Origin: an uncultured Pseudomonadota bacterium
Lineage (GTDB): Bacteria > Pseudomonadota > Alphaproteobacteria > JACZXZ01
Direction: 5' to 3'
Length of the DNA: 64,000 nucleotides
NCBI GenBank assembly: GCA_963749075.1
Contig: CAVVLJ010000016.1
Location: forward strand, 448,001 to 512,000
The notes below the pieces were generated by a model that was not told the origin of the DNA, searched no databases, and was given only the letters and a program-made list of their open reading frames with translations. Below, piece after piece: positions 52,609-61,995 of this stretch (position 1 is the first letter of the stretch; each line of letters starts with the position of its first letter). A program made the position numbers and the translations under genes.

Positions 52609-53697
52609 ATGAGCGACACCTCATCGAGCGGCACCTCCGCAGGGCGGCGGCCGCGCGCGGCGATCGACGTGGCAGGGACGCGGCTCGGCGGCATCGTCGA
52701 GCTCGAGGTGAGCAGCAACAACCTGCAGTCGCCGGATAGCTTCCGCGCGACGCTTGCGCTCGGCGCGCTGCCGCAATCGCTCGGCCTCGCCTATTGGGCC
52801 CAAGCGAGCGACGTGAGCGTCGAGCTCTTCGCGGGCTTCGCGGTGGACGGCGGGACGGGCGCGGACGCCACGCTCGCGAGCCTCATCCAGGGCAAGGTCG
52901 ACCGCGTCGAGATCGATCCCGTCGCCGCCGAGCTGCACCTCTCCGGCCGCGACCTCTCGGCGCCGCTCTTCGACAACCGCACCAGCGAGAAGTTCGACAA
53001 CCAGACGAGCTCGGAGATCGCCACCACGCTCGCGGCGCGGCGCGGGCTCAATCCGGTCGTGACGGCGACCACCACGCTCGCGGGGCGCTATTACGAGATC
53101 GAGACGGCGCGGCTCACCCGCGAGGTGGTCGAGTGGGACCTCCTCTCCTATCTCGCGCGCGAGGAGGCCTTCGATCTCTTCGTGCGCGGCGGGAGCCTCT
53201 ATTTCCAGCCGCCGGCGGGAGAGGCCGCGGCCACCTATGCGGTGCAGTATACGCCGGCCGCCGGCGGCACGCCTGCGGGGGGCAACTTCATCGACTTGAA
53301 GCTCGCGCGCGACCTCACCCTCGCGGAGGGTGTGAGCGTCACGGTCAAGAGCTGGAACGCCAAGGATGGCACCGGCTTCGCGCTGAGCGCCCCGCAGGCA
53401 GGCACGGGCGGACTCAGCTACAGCTTCGTGCTGCCCGGCCTCAAGCCGAGCCAGGCGCTCAAGTTCGCCTCCTCGCAATATAATGAGATCACGCGGCACG
53501 AGCGCAGCCTCGCGGTGACGCTCCCCGGCGACACCTCGCTCACGCCGCAATCGCGCCTGACGCTCGAGGGCACCGGCAGCGGCTTCGACCAGAGCTACTT
53601 CATCACCGGCATCGAGCGCCGCTTCTCCTTCGAGGGCGGCTTCACAATGACCGTCTGCGCCAAGAACGTCTCGCCCGGCGGCGACCCCGCGGGCTGA
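52609..53697 (+). CDS. Baseplate hub / late control gpD-like protein
   Basis: GKVDRVE, LSGRDLSA, EWDLLSYLAREE.F, V.VKSWN, LPGD..L.P, FDQSYFI. Confidence 0.82.
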   Translation: MSDTSSSGTSAGRRPRAAIDVAGTRLGGIVELEVSSNNLQSPDSFRATLALGALPQSLGLAYWAQASDVSVELFAGFAVDGGTGADATLASLIQGKVDRVEIDPVAAELHLSGRDLSAPLFDNRTSEKFDNQTSSEIATTLAARRGLNPVVTATTTLAGRYYEIETARLTREVVEWDLLSYLAREEAFDLFVRGGSLYFQPPAGEAAATYAVQYTPAAGGTPAGGNFIDLKLARDLTLAEGVSVTVKSWNAKDGTGFALSAPQAGTGGLSYSFVLPGLKPSQALKFASSQYNEITRHERSLAVTLPGDTSLTPQSRLTLEGTGSGFDQSYFITGIERRFSFEGGFTMTVCAKNVSPGGDPAG

Positions 53698-53796
53698 CGG
53701 CAGCACCCCCGGCGCGCGCTCTCGCGCTGGCGGCATCGACGGAAGCGGTATATATCCCATGTCGGTTGTGCAACCGCGCATGGGGCGGGAGCTTCG

Positions 53797-54558
53797 ATGC
53801 GGCCGGGCGACGGGACGGAGCGCACGGGACGAGAGGGGTTGCGGCTTCGGCGCGGCCTCGCCGCCGCCGCGCTGCTGACGCTCGTCGCCATTGCAGCGCC
53901 CGCTGCCGCGCGCTACGGCGATTTCGACTTCTGGGGCCGCAGCTGGCCGCTGCCGATCTACGTGCCGGTGTGGAGCGCGGACGCGGCGGTGTGCGGGCGC
54001 ATCGTTAAGGCGCTCAACGCTGCCCGGCGGCCGTCGATGTCGCTCTACAGCAACAGGATTTTCCTCCGCTGGCAGGACTATCCGGCGGACGCGCGCACCA
54101 ACGGTCCCGATTGGCACCCATACCAAGACCATGCGCGCTGGATGGAGGTGCCATTCTTCAACGACGGCTGGCCGGTCATCGCGTTCAAGGTTATCTATGA
54201 GAGCAGCCGCTTCATCGACGAGCATCTCTACGTCTTCGACGATTTGGCCTACTACCGCTCCGAGGACTGGCTGACGGACAAGCTGCGGCAGAACCCGCGT
54301 GTATTGATGCCGATCGAGCCGTTCCTGGCCAAGCAGTTCTACACATTGATGCCGCTGCCGAAGACAATGAAGGATTACCATTATTGGAGTCTCGATTGGG
54401 TCGGGTATGATGAGGAGACGAATATAGCGAATATTGATGGCCGATTATATATAGTCATTAGGAGGCCGTCTGGTGAGGCCATTCTCGTATTATTGTTTTC
54501 CGAGGAACGCAAGGGGCGCGCAGTGTGTCTCATCGGGCCAAAGAAACTGGTTCGATGA
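53797..54558 (+). CDS. Exported protein, putative immunity B2
   Basis: Paralogue of 50077. Confidence 0.72.
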   Translation: MRPGDGTERTGREGLRLRRGLAAAALLTLVAIAAPAAARYGDFDFWGRSWPLPIYVPVWSADAAVCGRIVKALNAARRPSMSLYSNRIFLRWQDYPADARTNGPDWHPYQDHARWMEVPFFNDGWPVIAFKVIYESSRFIDEHLYVFDDLAYYRSEDWLTDKLRQNPRVLMPIEPFLAKQFYTLMPLPKTMKDYHYWSLDWVGYDEETNIANIDGRLYIVIRRPSGEAILVLLFSEERKGRAVCLIGPKKLVR

Positions 54559-54600
54559 GGCCTGCCGGGCTCTCGATTTACGAGAGAAGAGGGTTGTGGC

Positions 54601-56235
54601 ATGGCTAACTCGGCGCTCACCGGCAATCACGACGAGGCCAAACAGTACAAGAAATTCCGCAACGAGCTCATCGAGCAGGGCGAGAACCGGGACCTCGCAA
54701 AGGGGACTGATCAGCAGCCCACGGTAGTCGACGGTCATGTAACGCTCGGCTTCGGCTACGACCTGGCGACGCGGCGCGCGGATCCCTACGGGATTCTCGC
54801 CGACCTCGCCTCCGCCGGCATCGCCCTCACGGCCAAACAGACCGCGGCCATCCTCTTCTATGGCGGGGCGCCGATCGCCAGCATCCTGCACTATCTCGGC
54901 GTTCTCGCCGTCTGGACGACGGTCACCGACGACGACCGCAAGTTCGTTGAGAATTTGAGCGCGCAGGATCGGACGGATGAGGGCCTTGGCCACCTTCTGT
55001 CCGGCCTCCTGATCACGAAGCCGCAGGGCGTGGCGTTATTCGAGATCGCCGTTTCGGAGAAGGAGAAGAGGTTCGACGGGATCATCGAGGGGCTTCAGAA
55101 GGACCTCAAGAAACACGAGAAGGTCATTGAGGCGCAGCAGCTCGAGCGGCTCAAGCTGCTCTCCGACCAGCGCGCGGTGCTGGTCGATCTGCTCTACCAG
55201 ACGGAGCGTTTCCTCGGGCCGAGGCTCCGCGACGCGCTTATGGCGAACGACGCGATGGCGGCGGCGACCGAGATTGCCTTCTTCACCAATTCGGCAGGGA
55301 CGCAGCACGGCGACGAGCGCAACCTCGCGCGCTCCAGGGCGTTCCTCGGCCATGCCTTCGAGCCGACGACGGAGGCGGAGGCGCGGTCGGTCCTGCATGT
55401 TCTCGCCGAGCGGCAAGGAGACCTGGCGCAGACGCTGGCGTCACGGCGGCGTCACGGCAAGGTTCTGAAGGACTACCGCGACCAGGTGAGCGCCGCGGCC
55501 AACGCGGCGCTGCGCAGGCTCGGCGTGGCGACGACGGTCGCCTTGAGCGATAGCGGCCGCCTCGCGGTGCAACAGGCGGTGCCGGTCGACCGCTTCGCCG
55601 AGGCCTTCGGCCTCACGGCCCTCGAGGTGGCGCTCGTCAATCCCGAGCTTTTCCCGACGGCACCCGACCAGGGGGCGCCGACCATGCTGCGCGCGGGTGC
55701 CGCCCCGCATCTGCCGACCGCGGCGGAGCGGGCGGCGCTCGAGCGGACGCTACGAGATGCCGGACCGCTCCTGGCACCCGAGCGGTTCGAGGAGCTGCGC
55801 CGGCGCTATCTCGACAATCTGCATCCGCCGCGGCGCGGTCATGCCGAGCTGCCCGACGGCGCCCCGTCGCTGGCCGCGGCGCGGCTCGTGGCGCCGGAGC
55901 TCGAGCTCGAGGCGGCCCTGCCGCCGCCGCCGGCCGGGTCTGCCGCCTTCGCGCGCGACGCGGAGCTGACTTCGAGCGCGCCGGTCCAGACGCTCCTCCC
56001 GCGCGACGGCCGGGACGCCTGGCTTCGCCTTGAGAGCGGGCTCTCCGAGGCGGAGGCCGCGGTACTCTGGGCGCGGCCCGTTCCGCCGCCGCGGGGCTGG
56101 GGCGCCGCCGCAGGCCGGCGCGCGGCATCTCGCCTGAGCGCGGAGGCGCTCGACCGCATCATCGCGAAGATCGAGCGGGCGGTGCGCCTTTCCGAAATCC
56201 TCCTCGAGAAGGTCGAGGCGTGGAACCGCGGGTAG
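54601..56235 (+). CDS. GH24/lysozyme-like putative effector B2 (intact)
   Basis: GE...DGHVTLGFGYDL and QRAVLVDLLY...LGPRLRDAL..AATEI resemble T4-lysozyme/pesticin-fold motifs; C-terminal LDRIIAKIERAVRLSEILLEKVEAWNRG. Confidence 0.7.
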   Translation: MANSALTGNHDEAKQYKKFRNELIEQGENRDLAKGTDQQPTVVDGHVTLGFGYDLATRRADPYGILADLASAGIALTAKQTAAILFYGGAPIASILHYLGVLAVWTTVTDDDRKFVENLSAQDRTDEGLGHLLSGLLITKPQGVALFEIAVSEKEKRFDGIIEGLQKDLKKHEKVIEAQQLERLKLLSDQRAVLVDLLYQTERFLGPRLRDALMANDAMAAATEIAFFTNSAGTQHGDERNLARSRAFLGHAFEPTTEAEARSVLHVLAERQGDLAQTLASRRRHGKVLKDYRDQVSAAANAALRRLGVATTVALSDSGRLAVQQAVPVDRFAEAFGLTALEVALVNPELFPTAPDQGAPTMLRAGAAPHLPTAAERAALERTLRDAGPLLAPERFEELRRRYLDNLHPPRRGHAELPDGAPSLAAARLVAPELELEAALPPPPAGSAAFARDAELTSSAPVQTLLPRDGRDAWLRLESGLSEAEAAVLWARPVPPPRGWGAAAGRRAASRLSAEALDRIIAKIERAVRLSEILLEKVEAWNRG

Positions 56236-56264
56236 CATGCCGATGGACGCCTTCCTCAACCGGC
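55574..56264 (+). repeat. ~690-bp near-identical direct repeat, copy 1
   Basis: Matches 58130-58820, including the first codons of gpV (ATGCCGATGGACGCCTTCCTCAACCGGC). Confidence 0.92.
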
Positions 56265-56336
56265 CGAGCCCTGCCGCGCTGGCCGCATCGACGTTGACAG
56301 GATATATCTCATGTCGGTTATACAACCGACTATGGG

Positions 56337-57110
56337 ATGGAGGTCCCGATGCGGCCGTGCGGCGCGGCGGAACGGACGAAAGGAGAGGGGCTTCGGCGCC
56401 GCCTCGCCGCCGCCGTGCTGCTCGCGCTTCTCGCGGTCGCGGTGCCGGCCGCGGCGCGCTATGGCGATTTCGACTTCTGGGGCCGCACGTGGCCGCTCCC
56501 GATTTATGTGCCGGTGTGGAGCGCCGATGCGGCGGTGTGCCGGCGCATCGTGAAGGCGCTCAACGCGGCGCGGCAGCCATCGCGGTCGCTCTACAGCAAT
56601 AAGATCTTCCTGCGCTGGCAGGACCATCCGGCATACGCTCCCGCCGGCAGCGCCGATCGGAAGCTGGGCGACCCCTACGGCCGTTGGATGGAGGCACCGT
56701 TCTTCAACGACGGCAAGCCGGTCGTTGCGCTCAAAGTCATTTATGAGGGTGACCGCTTTGTCGTCGAGCATTTCTACGTCTTCGATGATCTCGCCTACTA
56801 CCAGTCCCAGGACTGGCTGGAGGGCAAGCTGTGGGAGGATCCGAGCGTGCTTCGGCCGATCGAGCCGTTCTTGAACAAGGCTTTCAACACGTTCATCGCG
56901 CTGCCGAAGACGACAATGGATTACGATTATTGGAACCGCACCGGGATCGGCAGCACCCAGGAGGTCAATCTCGCTCGCCTGGATGACAAGATCTACGCCG
57001 TGGTGAGGATGCCGGCATACGAGCGATTTCTCGTTCTGTATTTCACGGGCGACAGGCAGGGCCACCCGGTTTGTATCATCGGGCCGAAGAAGCGGGTCAG
57101 GTACAAATAG
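56337..57110 (+). CDS. Exported protein, putative immunity B3
   Basis: Paralogue of 50077 and 53797; upstream TTGACA at 56294. Confidence 0.72.
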   Translation: MEVPMRPCGAAERTKGEGLRRRLAAAVLLALLAVAVPAAARYGDFDFWGRTWPLPIYVPVWSADAAVCRRIVKALNAARQPSRSLYSNKIFLRWQDHPAYAPAGSADRKLGDPYGRWMEAPFFNDGKPVVALKVIYEGDRFVVEHFYVFDDLAYYQSQDWLEGKLWEDPSVLRPIEPFLNKAFNTFIALPKTTMDYDYWNRTGIGSTQEVNLARLDDKIYAVVRMPAYERFLVLYFTGDRQGHPVCIIGPKKRVRYK

Positions 57111-57152
57111 TGCAGACCCTTACGCGGTCTTTGCTCTAAGGAGGATTGCGGC

Positions 57153-58791
57153 ATGGCTGATCTGCCGCTCACTGGCAATTACGACAAGCCCGAGCGGTAC
57201 AAGAAATTCCGCGATGAGCTTATAGAGCAGGGCGAGAACCCCGATCTCGCAAAGGGGATTGATCAGTCACCCGTCGTGGTCAATGGCCATGTGACGCTCG
57301 GCTTCGGCTATGACCTGGCGACGCGGCGCTCGGAGCCCTACGGGATTCTCGCGGACCTGGCGGCGGCCGGGATCGCGCTCACGGTCCGACAGACCGCGGC
57401 GATCCTCTTCTATGGCGGCAAGTCAAATGCGGTCGTCCGGGGCTATCTCGACGATCTCGCGGCGTTCGGGACGACGGTCACGGACGAGGACCGGAAGTTT
57501 GCGGCGAGCTTGACTGCGCCGGATCGGACGGACGATCGGCTGGGCGATCTCCTGTCCGATCTCATGATCACGAAGCCGCAGGGCGAGGCGCTGCTCGAGA
57601 TTGCCGTTTCGGAGAAGGAGAAGCGGCTCGACAGGATCATCGAGGGGCTTGCGGAGGACCTCGAGAGGCAGGGGAGGGCGGATGAGGCGCGGACGCTCGA
57701 GCAGCGCATGCGGTTCACCGACCAGCGCGCGGTGCTGGCCGATCTGCTCTACCAGACGGAGCATTTTCTGGGGCCGAAGCTCCGCGACGCGCTCGTCGCG
57801 GGCGACGCGATGGCGGCGGCGGCCGAGATCGCCTTCTTCGCCAATTCCGCGGGGACGCAGCACGACGACGAGCGCAACCTCGCGCGCGCCAAGGCGTTCC
57901 TCGGCCATCCCTTCGAGCCGAAGACGGAGGCCGAGGCGCGGTCGGTCCTGCATGTGCTCGCCGAGCGGCAAGGAGACCTGGCGCAGGCGCTGGCGAGCCG
58001 GCGGTACGACGATCGCGTTCGGAAGAACTACAGCGACGAGGTGAGCGCTGCCGCCAATGCGGCGCTGCGCAGGCTCGGCGTGGCGACGACGGTCGCCTTG
58101 ATCGACAGCGGCCGCCTCGCGGTGCACGGAGGCGGTGCCGCTCGACCGCTTCGCCGAGGCCTTCGGCCTCACGGCCCTCGAGGTGGCGCTCGTCAATCCC
58201 GAGCTTTTCCCGACGGCACCCGACCAGGGGGCGCCGACCATGCTGCGCGCGGGTGCCGCCCCGCATCTGCCGACCGCGGCGGAGCGGGCGGCGCTCGAGC
58301 GGACGCTACGAGATGCCGGACCGCTCCTGGCACCCGAGCGGTTCGAGGAGCTGCGCCGGCGCTATCTCGACAATCTGCATCCGCCGCGGCGCGGTCATGC
58401 CGAGCTGCCCGACGGCGCCCCGTCGCTGGCCGCGGCGCGGCTCGTGGCGCCGGAGCTCGAGCTCGAGGCGGCCCTGCCGCCGCCGCCGGCCGGGTCTGCC
58501 GCCTTCGCGCGCGACGCGGAGCTGACTTCGAGCGCGCCGGTCCAGACGCTCCTCCCGCGCGACGGCCGGGACGCCTGGCTTCGCCTTGAGAGCGGGCTCT
58601 CCGAGGCGGAGGCCGCGGTACTCTGGGCGCGGCCCGTTCCGCCGCCGCGGGGCTGGGGCGCCGCCGCAGGCCGGCGCGCGGCATCTCGCCTGAGCGCGGA
58701 GGCGCTCGACCGCATCATCGCGAAGATCGAGCGGGTGGTGCGCCTTTCCGAAATCCTCCTCGAGAAGGTCGAGGCGTGGAACCGCGGGTAG
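57153..58791 (+). pseudogene. GH24/lysozyme-like putative effector B3, one frameshift near 58127
   Basis: N-part in ORF 57153, C-part in ORF 58135-58791; gtgcacggaggc here vs gtgcaacaggc in B2. Confidence 0.7.
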
Positions 58792-58820
58792 CATGCCGAT
58801 GGACGCCTTCCTCAACCGGC
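58130..58820 (+). repeat. ~690-bp near-identical direct repeat, copy 2
   Basis: Matches 55574-56264. Confidence 0.92.
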
Positions 58821-59392
58821 TGCGGCTCGAGGTGGGCCGCGCGCTCTCGGGCCGCGCCGACCCGCGGCTCGCAACCGTCAGCTCCTTCGACCCGCAGCAC
58901 TATGCCGCCAAGGTCATGGTGCAGCCGGAGAACGTCGAGACCGGCTGGCTCCCGGTGCTGTCGCCCTGGGTCGGCAGCGAGTGGGGGTTCTTCGCACCGG
59001 TAACGCCGGGCGACCAGGTGCTCGTGCTCTTTCAGGAGAACGACCAGGAGGTCGGCCTCGTCCTCTCGCGCCTCTTCAGCAACCAGCAGCGCCCGCTCGC
59101 GGTCAACTCGGGCGAGCTCTGGCTGGTGCACCAGAGCGGCTCGTTCTTGAAGCTCACCAACGCCGACCCGCAGCACAACGTCCCCGCCAAGGTGCTGATC
59201 AACGGCATGATCGAGATCGACGTGACGGCAACCACCATCAACCTCTCGGTGAGCCAGCAGGATTCGAGCAACACGCCGCCCACCATCAACATCACGGCCA
59301 GCGCGAGCTCGCTCACCCCCGCGATCAACATCGCCGCGAACGGCGGCCCGGTCAACGTGACGGGCGCCACCGTCAACCTCAACCCCTCGTGA
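58793..59392 (+). CDS. Baseplate spike gpV
   Basis: OB-fold ETGWLPV, GDQVLVLF, GELWLVHQSGSFLKL, beta-helix-like tail. Confidence 0.88.
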   Translation: MPMDAFLNRLRLEVGRALSGRADPRLATVSSFDPQHYAAKVMVQPENVETGWLPVLSPWVGSEWGFFAPVTPGDQVLVLFQENDQEVGLVLSRLFSNQQRPLAVNSGELWLVHQSGSFLKLTNADPQHNVPAKVLINGMIEIDVTATTINLSVSQQDSSNTPPTINITASASSLTPAINIAANGGPVNVTGATVNLNPS

Positions 59393-59399
59393 GCCGGCC

Positions 59400-59657
59400 A
59401 TGGCCAAGGTGGCGCGGCTCGGCGATACGGCGAGCCACGGCGGCGAGATCGCGACCGCCTCGCCCGACGTGACGGCCAACGGCATCGGGGTGGCGCGCGT
59501 GGGCGACAGCTACGACTGCCCGATCCATGGCGCCAATCCCATTGTGACGGGCTCGGCGACCGTCAAGGCCAACGGCCGGCTCGTCGCGCGCGTGGGCGAT
59601 GCGACCGCCTGCGGCGCCGTGATCACCAGCGGCTCGCCCAACGTCGACGCGGGATAG
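59400..59657 (+). CDS. PAAR-domain spike tip protein
   Basis: VARLGD..SHGG, VARVGD.YDCPIHG, VARVGD..ACGA. Confidence 0.92.
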   Translation: MAKVARLGDTASHGGEIATASPDVTANGIGVARVGDSYDCPIHGANPIVTGSATVKANGRLVARVGDATACGAVITSGSPNVDAG

Positions 59658-59660
59658 GCC

Positions 59661-60044
59661 ATGCCGGACATCTACCAGTACTGGGGCAACGACCTCACCT
59701 GGGACGCGAGGGAAGATCTGCTGCCGGTCCATGGCATCCTGCGCGGGCAGCAACGCGTGCTGCGCCGCCTCCTCACCAACCCGGCCGCGAACGGCGTGCC
59801 CGGCGACTATCTCTGGCACCAGGATTACGGCGCCGGCCTGCCGCGCTTCGTGGGCCAGCCCGCCGACGTGCCAGCGATCACCGCCCTCATCCGCAGCCAG
59901 ATCTCCATGGAGGCGGCGGTGGCGCCGGATCCGGCACCCGTCATCGCGGTGACGCCGCTGCTCTCCGGCCTCTTCGTCGAGATCCGCTACGTCGATGCGC
60001 CGACGCGTGAGCCCGTGCTGCTCGACTTCAACCTCGACAGCTGA
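59661..60044 (+). CDS. Baseplate wedge protein (gpW/gp46-like)
   Basis: QQRVLRRLLTNP, DYLWHQDYGAGL. Confidence 0.8.
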   Translation: MPDIYQYWGNDLTWDAREDLLPVHGILRGQQRVLRRLLTNPAANGVPGDYLWHQDYGAGLPRFVGQPADVPAITALIRSQISMEAAVAPDPAPVIAVTPLLSGLFVEIRYVDAPTREPVLLDFNLDS

Positions 60045-60096
60045 CGCCGCGCCCCAAGGCGGCGCCCCACCTCCGATCCGAGAGAGCACCACGGCC

Positions 60097-61224
60097 ATGG
60101 CGACGCTCAATACGCGCGACTTCCCGACCCTCGTCCAGGACATGGCGGTGGCGGCCGAGGCCTCGGCGCAGCAGGCGCTCGACTTCACCATCGGCTCGAT
60201 CCTGCGCGCGGTCGTCGAGTCCGTGGCCGCCGTGGCGCTCTTCCTTCAGAGCCTCATCCTCCAGGTCCTCACCCTCACGCGGGCGGCGACCAGCGTGGGC
60301 CCGGACCTCGATACCTGGATGGCCGATTACGGTCTCGCGCGCCTGCCGGCCGTGGCGGCGAGCGGCGCCGTCACCTTCGCGCGCTTCACGCCGACGCTGC
60401 AGGCCGTCGTCCCCGTCGGCGCCCAGCTCATTAGCGCCGACGGCAGCGAGAGCTTCACGGTCACCCTCGATCCCAGCAACGCCGCCTACAGCGCGGCACT
60501 CGGCGGCTATGCCATGGCGCCGGGCACCGCGAGCGTCAACGTGACCGTAGAGGCGAATGCGGCGGGCAGCGCGGGCAACGTCGTGGCGGGCGCCATCTCG
60601 CTCATCGGCTCCGCCATCCCCGGCGTCGATACGGTCAGCAATGCGGCAGCCTTCGTCAACGGCATGGACGCGGAGAGCGACGCGGCGCTGCGCGTGCGCT
60701 TCATCGCCTATATCGCCTCGCTTTCCAAGGCGACCAAGGGTGCCGTCGGCTATGCCGTCACCAGCCTGCGCCAGGGGCTGCAATACACCATCGCCGAGAA
60801 CGCCGACTACAACGGCGCCGCCGACATGGGCTTCTTCTACGTGGTCGTCGACGACGGCAGCGGCTCCCCGGCGCCCGCCCTCCTCACCGCGGCCGCCAAC
60901 GCGATCGACGCGGTGCGGCCCATCGGCTCGCGCTTCGCCGTCTTCGCTCCCGCGATCGTGACGGCAAACGTGAGCATGACGATCGCCACGTCCGCGGGCT
61001 ACGATCATCCGACCGCCGCCGGTGTGGTGGGTGCGGCGCTCGAGACTTTCCTCAGCACCTTGCCGCTCGGCACCCCGCTCGCCTTCACGCGCTTGGCGCA
61101 GGTGGCCTACGACGCCTCGCCCGGCGTGGTCAACGTGAGCGCCCTCCTTCTCAACGGGGGAAGCGCCGATCTCGCGGCGAGCAACCAGCAGGTCATCAAG
61201 CCCGGCACGGTCACGGTGGCGTGA
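60097..61224 (+). CDS. Baseplate J-like protein
   Basis: GSILRAVVE, DLDTWMADYGL.R..A..ASG.VTF, GMDAESDAALR.RF. Confidence 0.9.
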   Translation: MATLNTRDFPTLVQDMAVAAEASAQQALDFTIGSILRAVVESVAAVALFLQSLILQVLTLTRAATSVGPDLDTWMADYGLARLPAVAASGAVTFARFTPTLQAVVPVGAQLISADGSESFTVTLDPSNAAYSAALGGYAMAPGTASVNVTVEANAAGSAGNVVAGAISLIGSAIPGVDTVSNAAAFVNGMDAESDAALRVRFIAYIASLSKATKGAVGYAVTSLRQGLQYTIAENADYNGAADMGFFYVVVDDGSGSPAPALLTAAANAIDAVRPIGSRFAVFAPAIVTANVSMTIATSAGYDHPTAAGVVGAALETFLSTLPLGTPLAFTRLAQVAYDASPGVVNVSALLLNGGSADLAASNQQVIKPGTVTVA

Positions 61225-61973
61225 TGGCGACGGGCGATCAGAGCGATTTCGTCTCGCGGCTGCGCATGACGCTGCCGCTGCGCTGGTTCCCCGACACGGC
61301 GCCGGTGCTGACGGCCCTCCTCGCAGGCATCGCAAGCGCCGCCGCCTTCGTCTACGGCCTCATCGTCTATGCGCGCTTGCAGACACGTATTAAGACGGCG
61401 ACGGACGATTGGCTCGATCTCATCTCGGCCGACTTCTTCGGAGGGCGCTTTCCGCGCAAGCCCGGCGAGACGGATGCCTCCTTCCGCAGCCGCATCCTCC
61501 TCGAGATCTTCCGCCAGCGCGCAACGCGCAAGGGCGTCGTGCTGGCGGTCCAGGAGCTGACCGGCACCACGCCCGCCATCTTCGAGCCGGCGCGGCCCGC
61601 CGATACCGGCGTCTACGGCACGCTGGCTGCCGGCCTCTCCGGCTGCCTCTCGACGCTCGGCTACGGGCTCGCGGGCGGCTACGGCTCGCTCCTCTTGCCC
61701 TATCAAGCCTTCGTCACGGTCTTCCCGCCGCTCTCGAGCGGCATCCCCTTCGTCGCCGGCTACGGCGATCCCGCCGCCGGCTACGGCTCGGGCGCCGCCG
61801 AATACGGCAGCCTCGCTCTGGTTTCCGGCTCCCTCACGGAGGCCGACATCTATGCCGCGGTCGACGGGGTAAAGCCGGTCGCCGCCATCCTCTGGACCCG
61901 CATCGCCGCGGGCGAGACGCCGATCAGCCAGATCCTCGACATCGGCACCGCGGGCGGCAGCCCGTTCGAATGA
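61224..61973 (+). CDS. Baseplate gpI-like protein
   Basis: QTRIKTAT..WLDLISADFFG...RKPGETDASFRSRI; follows baseplate J. Confidence 0.75.
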   Translation: MATGDQSDFVSRLRMTLPLRWFPDTAPVLTALLAGIASAAAFVYGLIVYARLQTRIKTATDDWLDLISADFFGGRFPRKPGETDASFRSRILLEIFRQRATRKGVVLAVQELTGTTPAIFEPARPADTGVYGTLAAGLSGCLSTLGYGLAGGYGSLLLPYQAFVTVFPPLSSGIPFVAGYGDPAAGYGSGAAEYGSLALVSGSLTEADIYAAVDGVKPVAAILWTRIAAGETPISQILDIGTAGGSPFE

Positions 61974-61995
61974 GCAACCGAGCAGGCCAATCAGC

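Noticed and set aside
55574-58820. Repeat pair as a diversity-generating retroelement TR/VR
   Set aside because: No reverse transcriptase in the window, the repeat is too long, and the differences seen are not adenine-specific.
40028-61973. Type VI secretion system
   Set aside because: PAAR and Rap1a are present, but there is no TssJLM, ClpV or TssA, the sheath is a single phage-type gene, and terminase, portal and capsid are present.
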